Shown piece by piece: positions 27,881-35,990 of a stretch of DNA of 64,000 bases. A program made the position numbers and the translations under genes. The DNA is from a virus. How positions within the stretch are numbered: the stretch's first letter is position 1; every line of letters starts with the position of its first letter. A model generated the notes under the pieces. The model was given only the letters and a program-made list of their open reading frames with translations. It was not told where the DNA came from and ran no database searches. The stretch is taken from the IMG/VR virus record IMGVR_UViG_3300045988_149331, positions 1 to 64,000 of that record; one strand, written 5' to 3'.

Positions 27881-28710
27881 TTAACGGTGTTATTGTAAGG
27901 CACATCGCCGTACCGCATCGGCGGGAAGACATATTCTGCCTTGCGTCCAACGACCTTCACCGGCATAGCCGTGAGTGCTTCACGCCGGGCGGCGCAGGGC
28001 TTTCCTTCACGTACTTGCATGAGTTCACGGTCAACGTCGATAATGTGGTACACAGGATAGTGCTTGTAGCGAATAGAAACGGTCAAATTGCCGGACTTTG
28101 CGTTAGGGTCGTTACTTTCTACCTGATGGATGAGTTCCTTGTTGAAAATGACCCTATTTTTGTCCAGCTGATAGTCAGCCGTAGTGAGCGGCCGAAGCGG
28201 TTCGCCGTCAGCCACGTGAAGGAAGATGTCAGTAACCTCCAGCGGCTCGTACACCGGATAGGCGAACAACTGGTTGCGATAGATAGTCGGACGCAGTATT
28301 TCAGAGAAATATCCCTCCAGGTCCAGCAACACCACACGATCCATAAAGCCCATACGGTCAACGGCACGAGCCGTAATGGCTGCTGTACCGATGTTGAGTT
28401 CACTCCACTCTTCGTACTTGCGGCGGTTGCTCATGGTTTGGGCTATGAGGCGTGTTTCACGCCTGTTGACGAAAAACCATCCGCGTCCGTAGCAGTTTTG
28501 ACACGTCGAAGAGGCCTGACCACTGGTCTTGTCCACACACGGGCAACGCATAGCGCGGTCGATGTAGGCATCATATCCTTGGTCGTAGATAAGGCGTTCG
28601 AAACGTCCAACGTCCCACCCCACGGCCGGACGCCCCAGTTGCGCGGGGGTCAGGCTTACGGGCGGAGTTTCTACAATTGAGGCACTCAGTATGGGTTGTT
28701 TCTTGGCCAT
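27877..28710 (-). CDS. neck module protein with a CxC...CxxCxGxG zinc-finger-like motif
   Basis: 'RCPCVDKTSGQASSTCQNCYGRGWF' at aa 55-79. Confidence 0.5.
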   Translation of the reverse strand: MAKKQPILSASIVETPPVSLTPAQLGRPAVGWDVGRFERLIYDQGYDAYIDRAMRCPCVDKTSGQASSTCQNCYGRGWFFVNRRETRLIAQTMSNRRKYEEWSELNIGTAAITARAVDRMGFMDRVVLLDLEGYFSEILRPTIYRNQLFAYPVYEPLEVTDIFLHVADGEPLRPLTTADYQLDKNRVIFNKELIHQVESNDPNAKSGNLTVSIRYKHYPVYHIIDVDRELMQVREGKPCAARREALTAMPVKVVGRKAEYVFPPMRYGDVPYNNTVK

Positions 28711-29504
28711 TATAATACGTCAAACGCGATACCGCGGTACTGGTTTTTGAGGTTCGGTAATTGTTGATTCAGTTCGTCAAGGTATTGTTTGATGCGGCCA
28801 CCGAACAGGCCGCCCTGTGCCGAACGTGTCAACGGCGTGTTTTGCGACACACCGTCCAGCGAAATACTCACTGACGACATGCCCACGCCGTATAGTACAT
28901 CACCCAAAACCGCCAGGACGTTCAGCGACGCCAACTTGGAGATAAAATCTAACAAGTCGGCGGGAATTTCGTCCCAGCCAGTTACGTATTTCAGCCGCCA
29001 GTAGTTGGGTATGTACTTTTGACCAAACCACCCCAAGTTCGGTGCAATGCCGTTATACACGTACGAATTCTGCGTCATGATGGCCCCTTTTCCGCTGCCG
29101 GAGTTGGGGATCAACGAGATGTTACGGTAAACGGCCACCGAAGCTATTTTCTTGATAGAAAGCCACTCGGCGGGATAGCGGGTCTGCATTACAGAGTTAA
29201 TGAACCCGCAAAGCGACTTGATACAAACAACAGGGTACATTGCGCGAACGAAGCCCCAGTTGTTCCACTCTTCGCGAATGTAATCGCGGCTTTCCTCGAT
29301 AACCTGCTTTTTGAGTTTTACCGAAAGCAGGTTTTCAACCTTGGTCTGTGCAACCCGGATCTGAGTCTTAATTGAAGACTCTGAGACACGCTGGCCGTCG
29401 GGCGAGCACATCGGAATGCCAAAAAGGTAGTTTTCAGTCAACTCCGAAGGGCTGATCACGAGGCCCTCGTTCTTGTTATAGAGGATGTCTAATTGAAGAG
29501 TCAT
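28710..29504 (-). CDS. hypothetical head-completion/adaptor module protein
   Basis: 264-aa ORF. Call rests on position only. Confidence 0.5.
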   Translation of the reverse strand: MTLQLDILYNKNEGLVISPSELTENYLFGIPMCSPDGQRVSESSIKTQIRVAQTKVENLLSVKLKKQVIEESRDYIREEWNNWGFVRAMYPVVCIKSLCGFINSVMQTRYPAEWLSIKKIASVAVYRNISLIPNSGSGKGAIMTQNSYVYNGIAPNLGWFGQKYIPNYWRLKYVTGWDEIPADLLDFISKLASLNVLAVLGDVLYGVGMSSVSISLDGVSQNTPLTRSAQGGLFGGRIKQYLDELNQQLPNLKNQYRGIAFDVL

Positions 29505-29528
29505 TTTGGTCTGTTTTGCGAGTCGTAA

Positions 29529-29918
29529 TCACGCGACGAGGTAACTCTCGTCTTCGCCCTTTGCGGCCTCAGAAGCGGTCTTGTATTTCTTGACGAGATA
29601 CGCAGCCATGAGTTTGGAGTTCTTCTTGTACTTGCTGTACTCCTCAGCGGGATACCCGGCCTCAGCAGCAGCGGCCAGCATTTCCTCCATCGACATACTG
29701 CGGATAGCAGCAATCACCTCGGCGTCGGAATTAGCGGCTTCGGGGGTAGCGGCAGGGGCTCCCTCGCTAACGGCGATCCAGTCAGGGAGCGTCAGCAGTT
29801 GAGCGGCGCACGCTTCGGATACATTGATCTCGCCGTTACGGTCGATTTGGATGGTGCCATCGACAGGAACTGTCAAACGGGAACCATGCAGGGCAGTGTT
29901 GTTAGTTTTCAGTTTCAT
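29529..29918 (-). CDS. hypothetical protein downstream of the capsid gene
   Basis: 129-aa ORF. Confidence 0.5.
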   Translation of the reverse strand: MKLKTNNTALHGSRLTVPVDGTIQIDRNGEINVSEACAAQLLTLPDWIAVSEGAPAATPEAANSDAEVIAAIRSMSMEEMLAAAAEAGYPAEEYSKYKKNSKLMAAYLVKKYKTASEAAKGEDESYLVA

Positions 29919-29935
29919 GATTTTGTTTTTCGATT

Positions 29936-29972
29936 AAAGAGAAAGCAGGGACGGGGCAACCCCCACCCCTGC
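29936..29972 (-). terminator. hairpin plus T-rich tract after the major capsid gene
   Basis: Minus strand reads GCAGGGGTGGGGGTTGCCCCGTCCCTGC followed by TTTCTCTTT. It lies between the capsid stop (29996) and the next start (29918). Confidence 0.55.
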
Positions 29973-29995
29973 TTCTCGGTTGAACGATTGTTGCG

Positions 29996-31483
29996 TTAGT
30001 TGGCGGCGCGTCCGATGTTGATCAGACGAACCAGTTTCTTCGGCGCGTACAGGAACGGCGTACCGTACAGCAGCACCATGAAGCGGTACGCGGGCGACAG
30101 AATCGCCAGGTCCATCTTCATCAGCGGGGCCAGCTGTGCGAACTCGATTACCTCGTTGTCGAACTGTACCAGGAAGGCCTGGTCGCAGTCGGGCAGGAAG
30201 TAGTTGTTGTCGCGGCACAGATCGCCGGCAGCACCTGCGTAACCCAGTTTCAGCTGAGCCACCGAAATGTCGAAGATCGGGTACAGCGGGCTGTCCTTGG
30301 TGCCGCCCTTCTTCGAACGATAGATGCGGTAGCCCGTTGCGGGGTGAGCGTTGTCCGTGATCGAGAACTTGAGGTCAACGACCGCGCCAGCGGTAACAGC
30401 GACCGGAGTCTCGTTCACAACCAGTGCCGACTCGCCGTGACGGTTGATGGCAGCAACGGCGTAGATGTAGTTGCCGGCATCCTCCGAGTTGAATTTCGAC
30501 GTGGTCACGCTGGCCACGACCGTAGCCGGAGCGGCGGTGTCCCATACGGGAGCAGCGGGCGACTTGGGATGCGTCGACTGAGCACCAGCCTTCTTGAACG
30601 GAGCCTTCTTGAAGAAGACGTCGTAATTCAGGCCGATGCGGCCGAACTGCGAGTCGAACGCCTGAACGCGCTGACCCATGATGCCGGCGCTGGTTTGGGC
30701 GGTGTTGGGCTGGATGAACTTGTTGCCGTAGAACGTCTTGACGAAGTCCGACAGAACGGCGGGGGGAGCGTACAGCTCCGTGCCGAGGCCGTAGTTCTCG
30801 ACGATCGAGTTGGCGGCGCTCTCGATGGGGTCCTCCGTCAGGCCGCGACCACGCAGGTCGATGACGTTCTCGGAGTTGAGGTAATCGTCCAGGCCACTCC
30901 ACGCGTCGGACTGCATCTGCTGGGCGAGCAGACCGTTGAACTCCTGCGGGATGATGTCCGAGTTGCCGGTGTACAGCGACTTGTTCAGCTTGCGGAGAAT
31001 CCACAGCGTACCGTCCTTGATGGTACGCTCCATGATGTTGCCCACCATCGTGTTGACGAGGGTCATCTGGTGCGTGACGGACTTGGTGACACCGAGGTAT
31101 TTCACCAGCTGAGCCCGGCGGATGTAGATCGAGTCCTCCTCGTCAGGGAGTTCGCCTTCGTTGGTGAAGCCACCACGGTCAGCACCGTACGATGCCAACT
31201 GGTTGTACTCCTCAACGGTGTTGTAGGCAGCCTTTTTCGGCAGGTTCTTCCACAGAACGATGTCGCTCTCACGGAAGGTCAGGTGCTTCAGAGTGCGCTC
31301 CAGCGACTCAACCTTCAGCGGCGCACCCGATGCATCGGTCAGGTTCGTCGTCTGACGACCCGTGATGTCGGTGGCTTCGAGGGCTTTGTTCAGCTGAGCA
31401 ACCTCTTCCTGAGTGGACGAGCCGTACTGAGCACCACGCGAGTTGATGCCGTAGTCGGCGAGATTGATAGAAAGTCGGTCCAT
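29996..31483 (-). CDS. major capsid protein
   Basis: 495 aa, directly downstream of the protease-scaffold gene. Highest local GC and followed by a hairpin. Called from position and size; no family signature verified. Confidence 0.6.
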   Translation of the reverse strand: MDRLSINLADYGINSRGAQYGSSTQEEVAQLNKALEATDITGRQTTNLTDASGAPLKVESLERTLKHLTFRESDIVLWKNLPKKAAYNTVEEYNQLASYGADRGGFTNEGELPDEEDSIYIRRAQLVKYLGVTKSVTHQMTLVNTMVGNIMERTIKDGTLWILRKLNKSLYTGNSDIIPQEFNGLLAQQMQSDAWSGLDDYLNSENVIDLRGRGLTEDPIESAANSIVENYGLGTELYAPPAVLSDFVKTFYGNKFIQPNTAQTSAGIMGQRVQAFDSQFGRIGLNYDVFFKKAPFKKAGAQSTHPKSPAAPVWDTAAPATVVASVTTSKFNSEDAGNYIYAVAAINRHGESALVVNETPVAVTAGAVVDLKFSITDNAHPATGYRIYRSKKGGTKDSPLYPIFDISVAQLKLGYAGAAGDLCRDNNYFLPDCDQAFLVQFDNEVIEFAQLAPLMKMDLAILSPAYRFMVLLYGTPFLYAPKKLVRLINIGRAAN

Positions 31484-31520
31484 GATTGGAATTGATTATG
31501 TTATGGAAATTGTTTGGGTG

Positions 31521-33062
31521 TTATTTTACTACCTCGTACCCGGTCTCAGCCTTGAGGCGGGCGATAATGTTGCTGGGGAGTCCGTCCTCGGGGCGAGCCT
31601 CAAACGCCAGCAGCGCGTCGCCATACTCCTTGTCGTATCCCTTGGCGAACGACGCCTGATCCAGGAGTTCCTTCACGGCTGCGGGGTTATCGGTGAACGA
31701 GATGCGGTTGGCGCCGCCCTTCTCGATGTCACCCTCGGGTTTAGCCTTGGCGAAGGCGCGGTCTACTACCACAGCCGACCGCAGCGATTTGGGGCGCGGT
31801 ACATCGTTGCCGTAGCGTTCCAGTTTGTCGGAGAACTCACTGATGGTGTCAGATTGGCCCTTGATGATGTTCTCCAGTTCGGCAATGCGCTTGGAGTCCT
31901 CGGCGCGCTTCTGACGAAGATCGTTCACCAGCACGGCAGTAGCGCGGATGTAGGTCTTGAAGTCGTCGCCAACGCTCTGAATAGCCTTCAGAATGTCGTT
32001 CGACTTGCCCTTCTTCATCTTAGCACCGTTCTTGTCGCACTGCTCGAAGCCTTCGTCGTCCTCCTCGGTCTCCTCTTCGGATTCCTCCTTCTTGCCGGCC
32101 TTGGCATTCTTCATGTTGGCGGCGTTATGACGCGGCTCGTCGTGGGTTTCGTCTTCCTCACCCATCTGGCCGTCGGCGTCATCACCCTTTTTCACCTCTT
32201 CGTCACCTTCAGCCTTGGCGCCTTTCGGGGTAATTCCCAGAGCGTCATAAGCCTTCTCGATGTCCTCGGAAGTGATGGATTTTCGTTTGTTCATAACCGA
32301 TATGTTTTTGATTAAAGTGTATACACCTTGTGCGTTCGGTATTGTAATATTTGGAATGTCCTTGAAGATACATTCCATGACGGAAGATTTCGAGAAGGTT
32401 TGTTTCTTTGGCTGGCCGTCAACCGATTCAGGCATCAGCGCTGCGCCGGACTCAGTGGTCAGAGCCTTCTTCTCGGTTTTTCCACTGCGCTCTTCAGCGT
32501 TATCGTCCTCTTCCTCCGCATCAACGTCGATACCGTCAGCGTCGATCTGACCCTTGATGATATTTACGAACGTATGGGGGTTTTTGGGCATATGGGTTAC
32601 AGCGACGCCTGTGATAACGGCCTTGACGATCTTATTGTAGAGCGGCGAGTTCTTGTCGTTAGAACCACGCTTTACGACCTTACCCTCGATGGAATACCCC
32701 AGACGGCGCGTCTTGCTGTCGTGTTCGAGGGTTTTGGCCAGTTCATATACCTCGCACGCCATAGGCGACGAAGCGTACAGGTCGCTCTCGATCCAAAGAC
32801 CTTCAGGACGCAGTTCCACCTTTGAAGGTTCGCCAATGATAGCCGACGGGGAGTTCTTGGCCTGGTGGTGCCAGTTTACCATGCCTGACTTCTTCAGCGG
32901 GTCAACGTCGAAGCCTGTCGGGTCCAGGTATTCGCCATCAGCATCCTTATCCATAGTGGAGGCAATACCGCCAATACGCATAACAGGTTCGCCTGCTTCG
33001 TCGGTGGCCTTCTCGATGCGTCCGATGGGGCACCAGAAATTGAATTTATCGTCCTTAAACAT
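31521..33062 (-). CDS. prohead protease fused to an acidic scaffold-like region
   Basis: N-terminus 'MRIGGIASTMDKDADGEYLDPTGF...VNWHHQ...IIGEP...LGYSIEGKV' resembles HK97-type prohead proteases. Followed by long Glu/Asp/Lys-rich segments. Confidence 0.55.
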   Translation of the reverse strand: MFKDDKFNFWCPIGRIEKATDEAGEPVMRIGGIASTMDKDADGEYLDPTGFDVDPLKKSGMVNWHHQAKNSPSAIIGEPSKVELRPEGLWIESDLYASSPMACEVYELAKTLEHDSKTRRLGYSIEGKVVKRGSNDKNSPLYNKIVKAVITGVAVTHMPKNPHTFVNIIKGQIDADGIDVDAEEEDDNAEERSGKTEKKALTTESGAALMPESVDGQPKKQTFSKSSVMECIFKDIPNITIPNAQGVYTLIKNISVMNKRKSITSEDIEKAYDALGITPKGAKAEGDEEVKKGDDADGQMGEEDETHDEPRHNAANMKNAKAGKKEESEEETEEDDEGFEQCDKNGAKMKKGKSNDILKAIQSVGDDFKTYIRATAVLVNDLRQKRAEDSKRIAELENIIKGQSDTISEFSDKLERYGNDVPRPKSLRSAVVVDRAFAKAKPEGDIEKGGANRISFTDNPAAVKELLDQASFAKGYDKEYGDALLAFEARPEDGLPSNIIARLKAETGYEVVK

Positions 33063-33144
33063 GTTTACGATAGTGTACTGTTATCAGCGTTATATTTGTA
33101 ATGGCGAATCGTGTTGACGTGGGCCCAAACACGCCCCCATTAAC

Positions 33145-33169
33145 AAAATCCCCGTAACTGAGGGATTTT
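33145..33169 (-). terminator. hairpin AAAATCCC-(9 nt)-GGGATTTT downstream of the moron gene
   Basis: Perfect 8-bp stem whose 3' arm ends in UUUU on either strand. It sits in the 199-nt spacer 33063-33261. Confidence 0.5.
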
Positions 33170-33261
33170 CTTAGATATTGGCATATACGGTTTTTATTCT
33201 CAGAATATCAGAGGGATTTGCAAGATTGTTCGAAATAACTACTGTATAGGCCCTTCTTTTG

Positions 33262-35031
33262 CTATCCGAGTACAAAGATATGCTTGAGATACACCTGTAG
33301 GCCAGGATAACCTTCTAATAATCCAGATGTACATTGGAAATCAAGAACTCCAGCTGCACGACGGCGAACGTTTATTGAGCCATTGGAGCTGGTTGCGCTA
33401 TCAAAGAATCCCGCAATTGTATTCCATGAATTGTGCGCCGAAGGTAAATCGTAATATACGACCACATTTCCAGACGGACTAAATCGCCCATCGCTGTCGG
33501 CCATTTCGAAACAAAGCATTAATGTTACCCCGGGCGATAATTTTGCTAATTCGGTAGATCCATAGGGGATGATTGCACCGTTGCTTTGGTTGAGTTCTAC
33601 ATCCGATCCTGGTAGCTTTATTACCGTTTGTGCTCCTCCGCCGCCTAATTCTGTCCATTGAGCAGTAGTTCCGTTCGTCGAGCCGGAGAAAGTACGGCTA
33701 CCATCAGCTGTTTGGAGCAGATAGGTGTATAAAACAGGCCCCGATGAACTCCTAAAACAATGACCGTATAAAGGCGCAGTAACACCTGAAGGTCCCCCTA
33801 CGATTGTGCCTGCTGTACATATGATCACTCCTTGACCTACAGCCAAATTTCTTATGCTAATATTCGTAGGGTTATTGAAATTAGATACCTGTATTTTTGT
33901 TGCTGGCAGGTCTTTGATAGCAAGACTTACTCCCGTCATATCCACAGCCCCAGTTGTTGCGTTAACGGCGATGCGTTGTATTGCAGCATTAAACGTTGAG
34001 CCAGTACCTACCGAAGGGCAAATAAAGACATATTGATCGGTTTCAGCGCTGTCTTGAGATCGGATAAAGTCTAACTGACCGTAGTCTGCCTGATCGGGGG
34101 TACTGAATATCATACGGAAGATATCGGCAACCTTAACGAATTTCAAATCGCCAGTAGGCACACCCCCGCCTTCGCCGTATGTGAATTCGTATACTGAGGC
34201 TTCGATTCCTGTGGGAGTGCCAAGAATACTCCAGTTCGTAGCGTAAATGTTCGTAGACTGGTAAGTATACAGATACGAACGTTTATAAGTATTGATTGAA
34301 ATAGAGGTACCAACGTATTTAATCGACGAAGCAGAAATTTTTACAGCATAGCCTACCAAAGCCGAGCCAGGTCCGTTAGCGGCGTCATCGGCGCTCGTAA
34401 ATGTGAACATCTCGCCAACGGCAATATCACCCATCACGCAATTGCTGAAAGTGTTACTCTTAAAATCAGTAACCGTCAGATATTTCATGGCGCTGCCGCC
34501 GCTGCCGCCGCCTCCGGCCCACTCCATCATTACACCCATACCACCCCAGTCGTCATAAGCGGTCGAGTGCAATTTCTTGATGATTGCTTCGTCTGTCAGA
34601 GTTTGGAGTGTAAGCCACGCCATGGGGATACTGGACGAAGGAATGACGCGAATATAACTGTCGGTAAGATGGAAAATTTGGAGACCGTTCGTGCCTCCGG
34701 TTTCGGCGTTCGTTCCTTGGAGTATATTGACAATAAACGCCATTTCAGGTTTTCCTGGTGCGCCTGACGCGAGATTCCCTGTCACGATACGCAGACGTCC
34801 GATATTCGCCGCTGCGGTCAGTAGTCTGAGCATGTCCCAAAGTTTTACCTTGCTATCGCCGTATGTAAAATTGTTGGAAATGGGCAAATTGCCAAGCGAC
34901 GGATCTTGCGAAAACGTCAACGCCGCAATCTGGCTTGTGTTGATCTTGTTAGACTCAGAAACCTGAATTTCTTCTTGTCCGCTGGCTGAAGACTTCAGCG
35001 TCAACGCAGACATGTCAATAAAAGTAGGCAT
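33262..35031 (-). CDS. low-GC repeat-domain protein of unknown function (moron-like insertion)
   Basis: 589 aa with Gly linkers (GGGGSGGS, GGGGA) separating beta-rich segments of similar pattern. Has its own promoter motif and hairpin, and lower GC than the flanks. Confidence 0.6.
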   Translation of the reverse strand: MPTFIDMSALTLKSSASGQEEIQVSESNKINTSQIAALTFSQDPSLGNLPISNNFTYGDSKVKLWDMLRLLTAAANIGRLRIVTGNLASGAPGKPEMAFIVNILQGTNAETGGTNGLQIFHLTDSYIRVIPSSSIPMAWLTLQTLTDEAIIKKLHSTAYDDWGGMGVMMEWAGGGGSGGSAMKYLTVTDFKSNTFSNCVMGDIAVGEMFTFTSADDAANGPGSALVGYAVKISASSIKYVGTSISINTYKRSYLYTYQSTNIYATNWSILGTPTGIEASVYEFTYGEGGGVPTGDLKFVKVADIFRMIFSTPDQADYGQLDFIRSQDSAETDQYVFICPSVGTGSTFNAAIQRIAVNATTGAVDMTGVSLAIKDLPATKIQVSNFNNPTNISIRNLAVGQGVIICTAGTIVGGPSGVTAPLYGHCFRSSSGPVLYTYLLQTADGSRTFSGSTNGTTAQWTELGGGGAQTVIKLPGSDVELNQSNGAIIPYGSTELAKLSPGVTLMLCFEMADSDGRFSPSGNVVVYYDLPSAHNSWNTIAGFFDSATSSNGSINVRRRAAGVLDFQCTSGLLEGYPGLQVYLKHIFVLG

Positions 35032-35054
35032 ATTTCTATGATTTTATGAATTTA

Positions 35055-35062
35055 CAAATTTA
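35055..35062 (-). promoter_or_regulatory. Bacteroidota-type -7 promoter element TAnnTTTG (TAAATTTG)
   Basis: Minus strand reads CAACTATAAATTTGTAAATTCATAAAATCATAGAAAT-ATG. The motif ends 23 nt upstream of the 35031 start codon, within a 37-nt spacer. Confidence 0.5.
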
Positions 35063-35068
35063 TAGTTG

Positions 35069-35593
35069 TCACGCCATTATTTCAACGTGTATTGCAGGCT
35101 CGTTGGCGTCAATAGAAACCTTCGGACTGTCGTACTTCGTATCGCCAAGCGGCGTAATAATTTTACGGCACTTTTCTTCTTTGGCCAATGCTTTGGTGAA
35201 GTCGCGTGGGTTTTTCATGCGGGTGATCGACAGATCGATGATGTTGCACTGACGGTACAACTCCTCCGTGGTGCAGTGGAGCGAAACACGTTGCCCCATT
35301 GAGGCTTGACGCTCGATTTCAGCTACCATCAGTTTCTCAACCTCAGACCGGGCCTGCTTTTTGCAGTTATCGTCAAAAACCTTCACAACAGCTGCACCGG
35401 GGGCGCGATAACGAATGCGCTTGCCGGCGCACAGGTTGTCGGCCATAGCCTTGGCCTGTGTTTCGGGGGTGCGCAGCGTGGAGGTAATGACGATATCGGG
35501 GTTGTTGGTATTATCGGCGACGCGGCTGATAAGGTCTTTCACCGTGTCGTTAATCGCAAACGCCGACTTGTTAGCGTATGTAATATTTGCCAT
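35069..35593 (-). CDS. hypothetical protein (weak resemblance to LAS/hedgehog-type zinc peptidases)
   Basis: 174 aa with 'VITSTLRTPETQ', 'VSLHCTTEE...NIIDLS' and 'EPAIHVEI'. Spacing is not canonical. Confidence 0.3.
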   Translation of the reverse strand: MANITYANKSAFAINDTVKDLISRVADNTNNPDIVITSTLRTPETQAKAMADNLCAGKRIRYRAPGAAVVKVFDDNCKKQARSEVEKLMVAEIERQASMGQRVSLHCTTEELYRQCNIIDLSITRMKNPRDFTKALAKEEKCRKIITPLGDTKYDSPKVSIDANEPAIHVEIMA

Positions 35594-35987
35594 ACGGAAT
35601 TGTGATTTTGAGTGCTTCTACACTGATTGAGTTCGTATTCATCCAATCCAGCAAGTAGTCCGACTTATCGGCATTGCTTAATTTTACAAAGTCCGCAGGC
35701 GTCACGGCGCGTTTCGCCAGGTACTCCTTGAATCCTTGTTCCATGAGGGCAATACGCTGCCCCTCCATGGCTACCTTCTGGAACAACGGCGACAACTCAT
35801 CGAGAGTGAGAGTTTCCTGAATAGCCTTACGAAATTCCCGTGCGTCAATGTCATTCAACATCGGGAATTCGCCGCGGAACGGTATAAGTTCCGACGGGCG
35901 TTTACGATCGATGTATCGCGACGCTGCGCCTCCTACAACGGAGGTCGTCAGATTGCGCGGTACACCATATTTGCCTTTGCTTTTCAT
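35571..35987 (-). CDS. hypothetical protein
   Basis: 138-aa ORF. Confidence 0.5.
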   Translation of the reverse strand: MKSKGKYGVPRNLTTSVVGGAASRYIDRKRPSELIPFRGEFPMLNDIDAREFRKAIQETLTLDELSPLFQKVAMEGQRIALMEQGFKEYLAKRAVTPADFVKLSNADKSDYLLDWMNTNSISVEALKITIPYGKYYIR

Positions 35988-35990
35988 GGC

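Noticed and set aside
29934-31004. Minus-strand alternative-frame ORFs inside the capsid gene (29934..30218, 30375..31004).
   Set aside because: They are Arg/Pro/Gly-rich off-frame products of a high-GC gene, with no independent start context.
33091-33098. TATATTTG (the TAnnTTTG consensus) on the plus strand in the 33063-33261 spacer.
   Set aside because: It would drive transcription antisense to the moron, with no plausible plus-strand gene. A single 8-mer match is likely chance, though an antisense RNA cannot be excluded.
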